This document shows, piece after piece, positions 1 through 12,540 of a DNA stretch of 64,000 nucleotides. Every line of letters begins with the position of its first letter. Positions within the stretch are counted from its first letter, which is position 1. The stretch lies in assembly GCF_009914755.1 (NCBI RefSeq), contig NC_060925.1. One strand, given 5' to 3'. The notes beneath the pieces are model-generated. The model was not told the DNA's origin. It saw only the letters and a program-made list of their open reading frames with translations, and ran no database searches. A program made the position numbers and the translations under genes. The stretch comes from the human T2T-CHM13v2.0 reference genome, Homo sapiens.

Positions 1-19
1 AGATCATGGCTGTTAGGCA

Positions 20-475
20 CGTGGACTTGCGCTGAATCCTGGCTCCACCACTCTCAAGCTGTGTAATCACAGGTAAAGCACTGCACCTCTCTGGGCCTCA
101 GTTTCCTCACTTGTAAGAGGAGATAACATTACCTTAACCTCCTTGGGAGTTGTGAGGATTACAACAGGTAATGCAGGACCTGGTACTTAGTTAGGGCTCA
201 ATATGGTGGCCAGTGAGGCTGTGGCAGTGAGAATGACAATGATAGATACCCCTCACTGAGTCATAACTATGAACAAGGCCCTCTGCTATGTGCTTAGCAT
301 TTATCAATGTGAACCTCACTGCCAACTTATGAGTTAAGTACCATTATTATTCCCATTTACAAATGAGAAAACTGGGGCATAGAGAGGTTGAGTAACTGGT
401 CCCAAGCCACTCAGCCAGTGGGTGTAAGTGGCAAGGCCAGGATTTGAATCCAGGTGACTGGCCTCCAGAGCCCAT
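20..475. mobile_element. Two MIR SINEs tail-to-tail (+ ~20-205, - ~250-475)
   Basis: MIR core 'cctcagtttcctcacttgtaa' on +, and 'cccatttacaaatgagaaaactggggc...ggatttgaatccagg' on -. Confidence 0.8.
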
Positions 476-779
476 ATCGTGAAACGTTCTGGTATAGTAA
501 CAGTAATTGCAAAAGTGATGGAAGGCTAGTTATCCCAGTAGCAGTAGAGTTACCCTATCGTAAAGAGTGGCCTTGGGTAGCTGTGGTCGCTGTTGAGGCC
601 CCAGTGCTCAGAATCACTCAAGGTGCACACTGCACCCGGCATAGTGTTTAGTGCCTTCTCCATGTTGTTAAATTTGATCAACACAATGGTGTCCAGCATG
701 CAGTGCCCAGACCCTCTTTGCTATCTACAGTGTTGCCCTCTTATGCCTTTCCCAGATCTCTTTCTAGCTTAGGACTCCT

Positions 780-1256
780 TCCAGCTGCAGAATCAATGCC
801 CCCATTTGGATGTCTCACAGGCGTCTCAAACGTTACCTGGACAAAGTGAGCTGTCTTGCTTCCCTTTAGGGCACATGCTTCCTGCCCTCTGTGCCAGTCA
901 TCTCCATATTGGTCATTGGCATCCCCACCCACCAGCCCTCCAGGAAAAGCCTAGGAGTCAACTTTGGCCCTTTATTCTATCAGCCATCCAACCCATCTAT
1001 AAGGTCTGTTGGCTGTATCCCCAAAGCACAGCCCCAATCTACGCCTGTCCCTCCACCTCTACTCCGGCCACCCTCGACCAAGATGCAGCAACTCCAGCCT
1101 GGTTGCCCATAATAGCTGCCTCCTAACTGATCTTCTTATTGTGGCTCTTGCTCAGCTAGTATCCAGAGTGATCTTTTAAAAAAATTAAGTTAAATTGGAC
1201 TATACTTCTGCTTAAAACTCTCCCCTGGTTGCCTCCTGAACTCAGAACCAAGCCTA

Positions 1257-1288
<32 letters not shown>

Positions 1289-2000
1289 GAGATAGAGTCT
1301 TGCTCTGTCACTCAGGTTGGAGTGCAGTGGCATGATCTCAGCTCACTGAAACCTCCACCTCCCGGATTCAAGAGATTCTCCTGACTCAGCCTCCTGAGTA
1401 GCTGGGATTACAGGCATGTGACACCACGTCCAGCTAATTTTTGTATTTTTAGTAGAGATGGAGTTTCACCATGTTGGTCAGGCTGGTCTCAAACTCCTGA
1501 TCTCGCGATCTGCCCGCTTCAGCCTCCGCTTTCTTACCTTGCTTCACCCCATCCCTGCCCTCTCCACCCACCCCTCACTCTACTTTTGCCACAGGGGCTT
1601 GTTTTCTGTTCCTCTAGCGTGTCCAGTACTTTCCCCCACCTCAGGGCCTTTGCACTTGCTGCTTCTTTTGCCAGGAATGCCGTTTTCCAGGTCTTCACAC
1701 AACAGGCTCCTCCTTGTCACAGGACTCATTTCAGAGGCCACCTCCCCACAGAGGCCTCCCCTGACTGCTCCGTCTAAAGTAGCCTTCCCCATCACTGGCT
1801 AAGACTTTACTTCCTCGTAGCTCCTACCACCACCTGTTTATTTGGCGTGTGTATCTGTTTTCTGCCTCCTGGCTGCTAGAATGTAAACTCCAAGAGATCA
1901 TGGAATTTGGTCAGATTTGCTCATCATTCCAATTCTCTGAGTCTAGAACAATATTTGGCACTGTATAGGCAGTCAATAAATGATAATTGAATTAATGACT
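780..2000 (+). mobile_element. L2 LINE 3' fragment interrupted by an Alu
   Basis: L2 motifs 'cctcagggcctttgcacttgctg', 'ctagaatgtaaactcc' and tail 'ggcagtcaataaatgataattgaattaatga'. Confidence 0.7.
1260..1527 (-). mobile_element. AluS (Sg-like), 5'-truncated, with long poly(A) tail
   Basis: Poly-T followed by reverse Alu body; lacks the first ~30-40 nt of the consensus. Confidence 0.9.
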
Positions 2001-3759
2001 GGCTGGCTCATAACAGGCACTCAAGAGAAAGTTGTTGAGTAGCCAAGTGAATAAAATGAGGACACAGTCAGCCCTGTAAGGCTGCTACTTGTGTCCCACC
2101 TTTAAAACTCAGAGGGGTTTAGCAGCACCCCTGGCAACCACACAGCTAGGGGCTGGCTTACCTAGGGTTGAACCCAGGCCAGTCTGACTCTATGCACTGT
2201 CCATACCCGACACCACTGCTTCTTTTTCACATTCTGCAGGTTTCTTCCCCTGGGGCCAGAAAATTTGGAATACAGCTCAGCGCTTGCAGTCCAAGCTTCT
2301 GCAGACCGTATTCCGTCTTCCCCAGGTATGGTGACAGCCTGCCGTGTTTGGCTTGAACCTCAGAGGCTAAGCACTTCTTGCTCTGGCCAGCTTTCTCCCT
2401 ACCACCTGCCTCTCAGTCCCCAGTGCATATGAATTCCGTCACTTCCCCATGCAGCCTTCTTTGATCCAGGGCCAATGGCCCTCATAAGTCAGAGGCCTGT
2501 TGCTGAAATCCACATGATCTTCCCTCTTGTGGATCAAAGAGATGACACAAAGCTCAGCACCTCCCAGGGACCTCTGCTTTTGAAAACGTGCCCAGTGTGA
2601 CACAAAGTGAAGGGGGGTCACAGGCCCCATCTCCTTCCCTCTGTCAGCTGGACCAAGCCTTGATGGGTCAGGATCTTTGGGATGGGCCTCCTTGGGGGTC
2701 GGCCTTACACCTGGCTCCCCCCTATTCCCAGCTGTTCCCTATTCCCCCACTCCTAGTCTGTGCTGTGTCCCCAGACCAAGTCCACCCTCCAGCTGGGCAC
2801 ATGACATTTCCTAGATAAAACAGACACACACGGCTTTCCAGTCTGCTCCGGGAAGCTTTGGACTTAAAGAGATTGTCACTCAGAGCTACTGGGCAGGTGG
2901 GGTAACCCAGGCTAGTAATTTCCCTTTCGGGCTTGTATGCTAGCATGATTCTGATGGTGAATTAGACCCATCCAGACAGCCGTTCATTCAGCAAATATTT
3001 ACGGACCACTGCCCAGTGGATGAGGTTTACCCACTCGCAGATGCCAGCTCTTGAGAGTTCTACACGAGAGGAAGAAAGGCCAAAAGGCTTTTAATGCTTC
3101 CCAAGTATGAACCTGTTCACTCTGGCATGACCACCACTCCTGGCACAGGATGGGTGTATGGTGGGTACCCTTTGATCCTGTTTAGCTTGGCCTCCTAAGG
3201 AAGAACAGTTTGGGAAATCACTTTTATAAAATCACTGACATTATTGAGGATGTTTCTTAGGATATTCTTGTAGCTTGTGGGGATTATAATAGAGATGAAC
3301 CTGAAGGTAGGGAGGTGACTGGGGGTGGGGGGAAGCCCTAGGGGGTCTGAGAGTTGGAAAGTCATTTTATTCTCTCCCAGCCTTTGAGCAGAACCACATC
3401 TCAGACCCCTCAGGCAGCAGGGGGCTGGAAGCCCTTCTAGAAGCAGGATTTGACATCCTCAGCTGGCTTCCCTAGGGCGTTTGGAAGGGAGCATTCTCTG
3501 GTGTGGCTAAAGTGGAAGCTACTTAAAATAAGTCTAAGAGACAGACTGGAAAGATTGGGGTGGGGCTCTTTCTGGAAGAGCCTTCTGCTCCATGCTAAGG
3601 AATCTGAACTAGACCCCGTCAGTGATGAAGAGCCACTAAGGGACTGAGCCACTCAGTTTTGTCAGATCTGTGCCTTAGCAAGTTCTCCCTAGCAGTACAG
3701 GTAGGAATGGGCTGGTGTGAGCAGGAGAGAACTGGGGCACACCTGCCTACAGAGGGTCA

Positions 3760-4260
3760 ACCTTCAGTGAGGCAAGTGAGAGACGAGAGAGCCTGGACCA
3801 TCATCTGAAGAGCAACAGAGATGTGGAGGGGGTAGGCTGGTGCAGAGGGACATGGGGGCCGATGATGCGATGTGAACAGCAAGAAAAGCAAGAATGTAAG
3901 ATGCCCTGAGGGGTTCAGCTTGGCCACTGTTGGTGGGGACACTTTTCACTGAGCTGGGGAAGGCAACAAAAAGAGCAGGTTTGGGGAAAGCAGGAAGAGT
4001 GAGGTTTTCATGGGCCAAGTTTGAAACAAGCTGAGGAGAACTTTAGCATAGTTCACTCTCCACAGGGGCCTGAAGCTCAGGACAGAGAATGGGGTTGGAG
4101 GTGGGGATTGGAGAGTTGCCCCCTAGTAACAATTACAGCAACACAGTAGATGAGAAATTCCAAGAGATGGAAGAAATCCCCAGAGAAGAGGCCGAGCTGG
4201 GCCCTCCAGTATTTAAGGGGAATGAGGGTGGAAAGTCAGTGAAGGAGAAGGAGGGAAAGA
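3760..4260 (-). mobile_element. L2 fragment
   Basis: Antisense L2 pattern 'ttcactgagctggggaagg...agagcaggtttggggaaag...gaggtttt'. Confidence 0.6.
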
Positions 4261-6401
4261 ATCATCATCATTTCAGAAGACGAAAAAAGAATTGGAAGAC
4301 TTCAGAGAGTCGTGCCACCAAAAGACATGCCACCCCCGCCCAGGCCCATGAATTACTGTGTGGTGTGAATGCTAGAAGAGTGGTATCTCTCCACCCTGCT
4401 CCTTCCCTCGGAAGGGCCAGCCCTTGCTGCCCGCTGTGCCTGGACACAAAGACACTGGGTTGTGAGCCTTGATTGGACATGAAGACATCCAAGAGGTAGA
4501 AGACCTCCATGAGGTGCCCCTCATCACTTATCTCTGGCTGGTGGGGTAACAAAAAGATATGTTAACATCCAGCCCCAGAGTGTCTTATAGAATGAGAGTT
4601 CTCTTTGTTCAGGAAAATACTACCCTATACCTAAATAGCTTGGAGGAGGAGGGGAGACATTAGACTGCAAGGAGATGACAAAACCAAGAGGAAACCAGGC
4701 TCTTGTGCCTAAGAAGTTGATGGAAATTCTGAAATGGGCTCAAGGTGCAGGCAGCACCAAGGTGGAAGAGGCTGGAGAAAGAAGAGAGGGTACAATGCAC
4801 ATCACAGGGGAACCTGGAGCCTGCCAAGACAGAAGCCAGGGAGAAGCTTCCCGGGAGGAGGGGCCAAAAGACTGTGAAGCTCCTGGTTGCTCATACTTTC
4901 ATTTTAAGTCATTTGCATTGCTAAGATGTAAGCTCCTTGCATTGCCACACCTTCCATAAAGCCTGAACTACATGCAGACGCCTTCGTTGATGTTTTTGTT
5001 TGTTGGCTTGTATTTTGTCTTTTGGAGAAGTAGGGGATCCAAGAAAAATGGACCCAGTTCCCAACCTAAGTTGGCAGAGCAGAAGCAGGGGTAGGGAGAC
5101 AGGGCATTGAGTTCAAGATTCAGAGGAAGCTAAAGCTGACAGATTCCTGGAGATATTAGGAGGGTTAGTGGATTTCCACCATATTAGCATTGGATATTGC
5201 TGAGTATTTTACTTCCCCAAGCAGAGTGATACCCCCGCTGCATCCAGTAATTGGATTACATTTGTTTCCGGTTTTTATCTTGAACAAAATAGCATGGCAT
5301 TTATAGTGCTGCAAAAAGAAAAAGAACTGCAGTTTATATTTCATAACTTAGACACTTGATTTTATTTACTATCATATTTCATATTCTATCATCGTGTCAC
5401 AACTCTGACACCCTCCTTGGAAGATCAGAATGTTAACGGTAACATCCTTAAGGCAGGGGGTGGGTAAGGATGCTATAAGGAAGGGCAGATACAGCAGCTT
5501 TCAGGCTGTGGTTAGGCCACACACCTGTGTAGGGGCCAAGGTCTCACCTGATTGGTTTGGTAATTCCTGAAGTCCATCATGGAAAGAGGCAGTTCCTGAG
5601 TTAGGAATGGGGCCTGGGAAGATGGGACTTAGGAAAGCAGGAAAGGGAACTCTAGTTCCCTTGTGGTCCACCAAGAAGGCTCAACATGGCCAAGGCCCAT
5701 TCTATTGGTTGAGGAGAGGTAAACAAAGGTGAAGTCAAGTGGCAACTCAGATTGATTGGCTGTGGCTTGCCTATTGGGAGGGAATTCACAGCTGTGTCTG
5801 GACCCAAGCAGAAAGGGTGCAATGAACAATTAATTATGTCTGCCATGGGATTGGGAAGAAGGGGAATAGGTATACATGCCATGTAATTTTTATCCTTGGT
5901 GTCAATAACAAAAAGTGTGTGCATGTGGCAGGAAGAAGGAGTTGCTTATCCCTGGAGCTAGTCTTTTACAGTAATTACAGAAAATCTTCCTCCAAAAGAA
6001 AAATAAAATTTGAACTAAAGGAGGAGCTAGTTATTCCAATGACTTCTCAACTCCTGGAAATGTTCCTCCCAGACTGATATATGGATGTTCAGGATCCATG
6101 GAATTTAGAGATGAGCGTTACTAGAAGAAAAGAGTGGTCAATAGTGCAAAGGTTTCTTAAGAGGTCAAGAAATACAAGAGCCAAAACAATTCCCATCTGA
6201 TTTGGCAAAATGATGCAAATATTGAGGGCAAAGGCCAGTCTGCAGAGGAGTAAATGAGAAGGGAAAAGGAGGGACAAGGCTGGATGGAGCTTTCAAGATG
6301 CTGGGCTATGTTGATGGCATGGGAAATCTTACAGTGTGATGTGATTGATTGTTTTTCAAAGGTGGTTAAAAATTGTCTGCATGCATCATAATCTCAATTT
6401 A

Positions 6402-6915
<514 letters not shown>

Positions 6916-6942
6916 AAGATTGTGTAAGGAATAGGCTGGGAG

Positions 6943-7054
6943 TAGGGTGACAAATGTCTCTGTTGCCTGAAACTGAGTGGGTTTCCAGGATGCGGAACTT
7001 TCAGGACTAAAATTGGGAAGGTCTTGGGCAAATATGAACAAGTTGGTCAACCTA
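6943..7054. mobile_element. MER81-type hAT MITE
   Basis: TIRs 'tagggtgac...gtcaaccta'; perfect 8-bp TSD gctgggag (6935-6942, 7055-7062). Confidence 0.8.
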
Positions 7055-7400
7055 GCTGGGAGGCTGAGGCCGACACAGCATAGAAGAGAGGTGTTTTTCT
7101 GGGGGAGGGGGTTGTTGGAGTAAAGAGATTTTGAGCATATTTGGAGGCTGAAAGGAAGAAACTATTAGATAGGGAGAGAGGCTGAATTTATAGGAAAGAG
7201 AAAAGAATAATTCCTACAGTGAGGTCAGTACGAAAGCTGTTGGGAAAGTGATCTGGCTTCCACAAGAGGAGAGAGGGTCTGCAATAGGAAGAGAAATGAT
7301 GTTTCTTCTGAGACAGGAGGGCTAGAGGTAAGGGAAGACTGGCTACATATAAGTTTGTTGATACAGGGGAAAAAATGAGGGAGTGCACACTTGAGGGTTA

Positions 7401-7868
<468 letters not shown>

Positions 7869-8779
7869 CTAGGCCACTCGGGCTTCCTGGAACTCATTTC
7901 TTCTTCTGTGAACAGCATTGCCCACTGCTGATCTGCCCGCTTCTCAAGGCTGTAGATTCCCTGGGAATGGGTTACTCATAAGAGACAAGGGTTACTCAAA
8001 ATCTCACACATGAGTTTACAACTGGATGTCCAGGTCTCTTGCCTTTTCTAATGCGCAGCCATGGATGTGAATTATGTTCATCCTGATCACTAGAGATGCA
8101 ATTCCAGGAATATTACTTTAACCTCTTGGGCATGGCTGGCCTGATTTCAGACTCCACACTCCTCACTAAATACCATGGAAGGGACATAAGGCATGGCATA
8201 AGAGTAGGTGCTCATTAAATCCAGTGTCCTTTCTTTCATGTGTGATCCACCCTGGCAGCCAGAGGGGCACTTTGGCCCCGCAGGTTCAGGGGAGTTGAAA
8301 GGGTTGGATTAGGCAGAATAGGCAGTGAAGTGGGAAAACAAGAACCCGGGTTCTCATCAGCCTGACTGGTTTAAAGGGGGAAAATTGGGAGCCAGGAAAC
8401 ACCATGCACAGTGTGTGGCCAGAGCCAAGCAATCATGGTCACCTGCAAGTGTGCTCTCATGAGGCAGAGGAAATGGTCTTGGGGAAGGTGCAAGAGCACC
8501 ATGACCTGGCAATAAGGAGGGAGGGAGGACACAGATTCTCTGTGCCCATAAGTCAGTCACCTGTTCTAACTGACCCAGCTTCCCCCTGCCCTCTGCCTTG
8601 TCCCCCAGAGTTAGAACTGCCTGTGCCTTAAAGGTCAACACCTCCTATCATTCTAGGATACCCCCATGGGGTGAGGAGTAGGGGTCTTAGTCATGCCCAG
8701 ACTACCGTTTAAGTACCTCTCCATTAATCCACCTGGCAATGACTTATTGAGGCTGTCTCTGAGAGGCCATGCAGCCGGA

Positions 8780-9020
8780 TGGTGGTAAGTGCAGACTTGG
8801 AAGCCACCGTGCTTGAGTTCACTTCCCAGCCTGAAATCTTACCACCTGTGGGACCGTGAGTAAGTCTTTTAACCTTTTTGCACTTTAGTTTCCTCATTTG
8901 TAAGATAGGGAGCTCAACAGCACCTTCCTTATATCAAAATAATTGTTGCAAGAATTAAGCCAGTTCAGGTATGCAAAGTGCTTAGGACAGAGCCTGATGT
9001 ACAGTGAGTACAACGCAAGT
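8780..9020 (+). mobile_element. MIR
   Basis: 'ttagtttcctcatttgtaagatagg...aaagtgcttaggacagagcctga'. Confidence 0.75.
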
Positions 9021-9469
9021 GAATCTAACCCTCGGTACAGTGGGTGCTGTGCACAATTAATGGCACACTAAGAGTTATGATGGGACAGGAACAGGTAGGG
9101 AACCAAACCCAGCTGGGGGAGAGGTCAGAGATCACTTCCTGGAGGAGGTGACATCTCTGCAGAACCCTGGGAGATTAGTAAGACTTAGCTAAGCAAAAAA
9201 GAGCAAACAGCATGTGCAAAGGCCCTGAGGCCAGAGATAACCCAGGAGCTGAGGGAGCCTGGAGTAAAAGAGTGGGGTGGCAGTGATGGGGAAGTGGAAG
9301 TGGGCAGGCCTGGACTCTAAATGGCCCCCCTAGTCCTTGCAATACCCTCTTCCTGCCAATGTTGCTGTTAGTATCTGCCTTCCAGAACCCTCTACCAGCT
9401 CTGATGATCTCAGAACCCTCTGAAAAAAGGTATTCCCTCCCCCTTCCTCTCTTCCTCCTCTGAGAGGAA

Positions 9470-9705
9470 ACAGCTCAGTGTAGAGGGTAATGGTAGACTT
9501 TGGAACCAGCCTGATCTGGGTGTGAAACCAGGTGCCATCATGTCTTATTCTGTGTGACCTTGAGTCACATGAACTCTCTGAGCCTTAGTTTCTTCAAATG
9601 AGAAAGGAGTGAGGCCAATAATATTTAGCGGTTGAGGGAGTTACCAATATAAATGCTGCATGCCTGGCACAACGCCCAGAACATAGTAGGTGCTCACAAA
9701 ATGGC
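9470..9705 (+). mobile_element. MIR
   Basis: 'tgtgtgaccttgagtcac...ctctgagccttagtttctt', MIR-type 3' tail. Confidence 0.7.
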
Positions 9706-10055
9706 AAATGTTCTCATTCCATTGGGCCACAGGGCCATGAGGGCGTGGGCCTAGTCTGGTTCATAGGTATATCCTGGGAGACTAGCACAGTGCCTGGCAC
9801 TTGTAGGGACATATGTGCATGTTCATTAATTAGTTATTTGGAGAGTTACTCATTCATGTATTAATTCCTTCATGCAACAAAAATTCATTGTGGGCTTACT
9901 GTGCTTGGCACAGTGGGGCCAGCCCTCAGAGGCTTATATTTTTGTGAGAGTGAATCTTAAAGACTGAAGAGCTCTTCCTTGCCCATTCTTTACCTGTGCC
10001 AAGTGAGATGATCTAGATGAAAAGATTTACCTCTATTGCCCTGTCCATTGGCCCA

Positions 10056-11209
10056 GCTTAGCATTTCCCATGATCCCACACTGCTAGTTTACTTAGCATT
10101 TCCCATGATCCTGTGCTGCTGGCTTACTTAGCATTTATCATATTCCCCTGCTGCTGGCTTGCCTGGTGTTTCCCATGATCCTGTACTGCTGCTGGCTTAC
10201 TTGGCATTTCCCATGATCCCCTGCTGCTGGCTTACTTGGCATTTCCCATGATCTCCTGCTGCTGGCTTACTTGGCATTTCCCATGATCCCATGTTGCTGG
10301 CTTACTTGGCATTTCCCATGATCTCACACTGCTGGCTTATTTGGCATTTCCCATGATCCCCTGCTGCTGGTTTACTTGGCATTCCCTATGATCCCATGTT
10401 GCTGGTTTACTTAGCATTTCCCATGATCCCATGTTGCTGGCTTACTTGGCATTTCCCATGATACCATGTTGCTGGCTTACTTGGCATTTCCCATGATCCC
10501 CTGCTGTTGGCTTACTTGGTACTTCCCATGGTCTCCTGCTGCTGACTTACCTGGTGTTTCCCATGATCCTGTACTGCTGCTGGCTTACTTGGCATTTCCT
10601 ATGATCCCACACTGCTGGCTTACTTGGCATTTCCCATGATCCCCTGCTGCTGGCTTACTTGGCATTTCCCATGATCCCACACTGCTGGCTTACTTGGCAT
10701 TTCCCATAATCTCCTGCCGCTGGCTTACTTGGCATTTCCCATAATCCCATGTTGCTGGCTTACTTGGCATTTCCCATGATCCCTTGCTGCTGACTTACTT
10801 GGCATTTCCCATCATCCCATGCTGCTGGCTTAGTTGGTACTTCCCATCTTTTGCTCTTGGCTTACTTGGCGTTTCCCGTGATCCCCTGCTGCTGGTTTAC
10901 TTGGCATTTCCCATGATCCCATGCTGCTGGCTTACTTGATACTTCCCATGATCTGCTGCTGACTTACTTGGTGTTTCCCATGATCCTGTACTGTTGCTGG
11001 CTTACTTAACATTTCCCATGATCCCACACTACTGGCTTACTTGGTACTTCCCATGATCCCCTGCAGCTTGCTTATTTGGTGTATCCCATGAGATCCCATG
11101 CTCCTGGCTTATTTAGCATCTTCTATGATCAGTCCCTGCTGCTGGTTCACTTGGCATTTCCCATGATGCCCTGCTGCTGGCTCACTTGGTGTTTCCCATA
11201 ATCCTATGC
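10056..11209. repeat. VNTR/minisatellite, 35-bp unit GGCTTACTTGGCATTTCCCATGATCCCCTGCTGCT, ~33 copies
   Basis: Period read directly (ttggcatttc at 10201 and 10236); occasional 38-bp and shortened variants. Confidence 0.97.
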
Positions 11210-11818
11210 AGGTGTCTTACAGCAGAGGCAATGACTGTGATGTGTGTGTGCTTATGAGTGTGGGGTGGGAAGGGCAGGTCAGGTAAACATTTGGAGAAAA
11301 AAGCAAGCTAAGGTGAGGGGAGGGAGCCAACTAGGGGAAATGAGCTGAGAACTGGTGTAGAACTAACGTGTCATTTTCCGCAATGAGACGCAAAGACCCA
11401 ATTTAATTAAATTACTAATGTCAAATTTTTAATGAACCTGCTTCTGCTTTGGGCTTTCTTCCTTCGAAATTAATGACTGGAACATCACTATAAATAAAAG
11501 TCGATTCTTCTTAAAAAGTCACTCTCAAAAGCTCACTGCTCTTTACTTAATGAGCTGTTCACAATCAGACCACTCTGACCTGATGCTTCCATTGGGACCT
11601 GGGTGTAATGAATGGGGCTCATTTCCAACCCCACCTGCTTTTTTATGCCAAGCTCCACTCCTGAGAGGTCCCACAGTGGATGGAGAAAGGCCAGACTTTA
11701 GGCTCAGAGAGACATGGGTTCAAATCCCCGATCTGGCTGCGCAATCTTGAGCTGTAAACTTTCCCTCACTGGCCTTCAATTCTTCAGAAACTGGGGATAC
11801 TTTTTCATCCTGTAAGGG

Positions 11819-12263
11819 TGTTTTCATTTGCTAGGACTCCTGTAACAGCACCACAAACTAGGTGGCTGAAAACAACAGAAACTTATTTTCTCACAGTTAT
11901 GAAGGCTAGAAGTTTAAAATCAAGGTGTCAGCAGAGCCATGATCTCTTTGAAACTTGTAGGTGAATCCTTCCTTTTCTCTTCCTAGCTTCTGGTGGTTTG
12001 CTGGCAATTTTTGTTGTTCCTTGGCTTGCAGATGCGTCATTCCAATCCTCTGTCTTCACACGGTGTTCTCTTGCTTTGTTTCTGTGTCTGAATGTCCCTT
12101 TTTTATAAGGACACCACTCATATTGGATAGGGTACACATCCTAATGACCTCATCCTAACTTAATCATCTGCAAAGACCCTGTTCCAAATGAGGTCATATT
12201 CACAGGTACTGGGGGTTAAGTCTTCAACATAGCTTTTAGGGAGACACAATTCAACTCATCACA
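11819..12263 (-). mobile_element. MLT1 (MLT1C-like) MaLR solo LTR inserted in a MIR
   Basis: TG...CA termini; 'caccacaaactaggtggctgaaaacaacagaaacttattttctcacagtt', 'aatcaaggtgtcagcag'. Confidence 0.85.
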
Positions 12264-12308
12264 GGGCTGTTGCGCAGATTAAAATTCAACTTATAATACC
12301 TACCCCTG

Positions 12309-12385
12309 AGTGCCTAGTACGTTTCAGGTCCTGGACTAAAAGCTTATTTTACTTTTAGTCCAGGACCTGAAACATACCAGGCACT
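12309..12385. repeat. Near-perfect inverted repeat: 34-bp arms, 9-nt spacer
   Basis: Arms 12309-12342 and 12352-12385 are reverse complements at 32/34 positions. Confidence 0.95.
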
Positions 12386-12540
12386 TTATCTTGTGGGATA
12401 TGGAGTATCCTCATTTTACAGGTGAAAAAAAAACAGGCACAGAGAGCTTCATTCACTTGCTTGCCCAAGGCCAAACAACTAGAAAATGGCAGAGCTAGGT
12501 TGAGGACCTCGGTCTTTCTGCCTCCATTGTTCAGCACTCT
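12386..12540 (-). mobile_element. MIR
   Basis: 'ctcattttacaggtgaaaa...acttgcttgcccaaggcc...gcagagctagg'. Confidence 0.65.

Noticed and set aside
10056-11209. VNTR as a CRISPR array or repetitive coding region
   Set aside because: Units are contiguous with no unique spacers, there are no cas genes, the context is eukaryotic, and the 35-bp period is not a multiple of 3.
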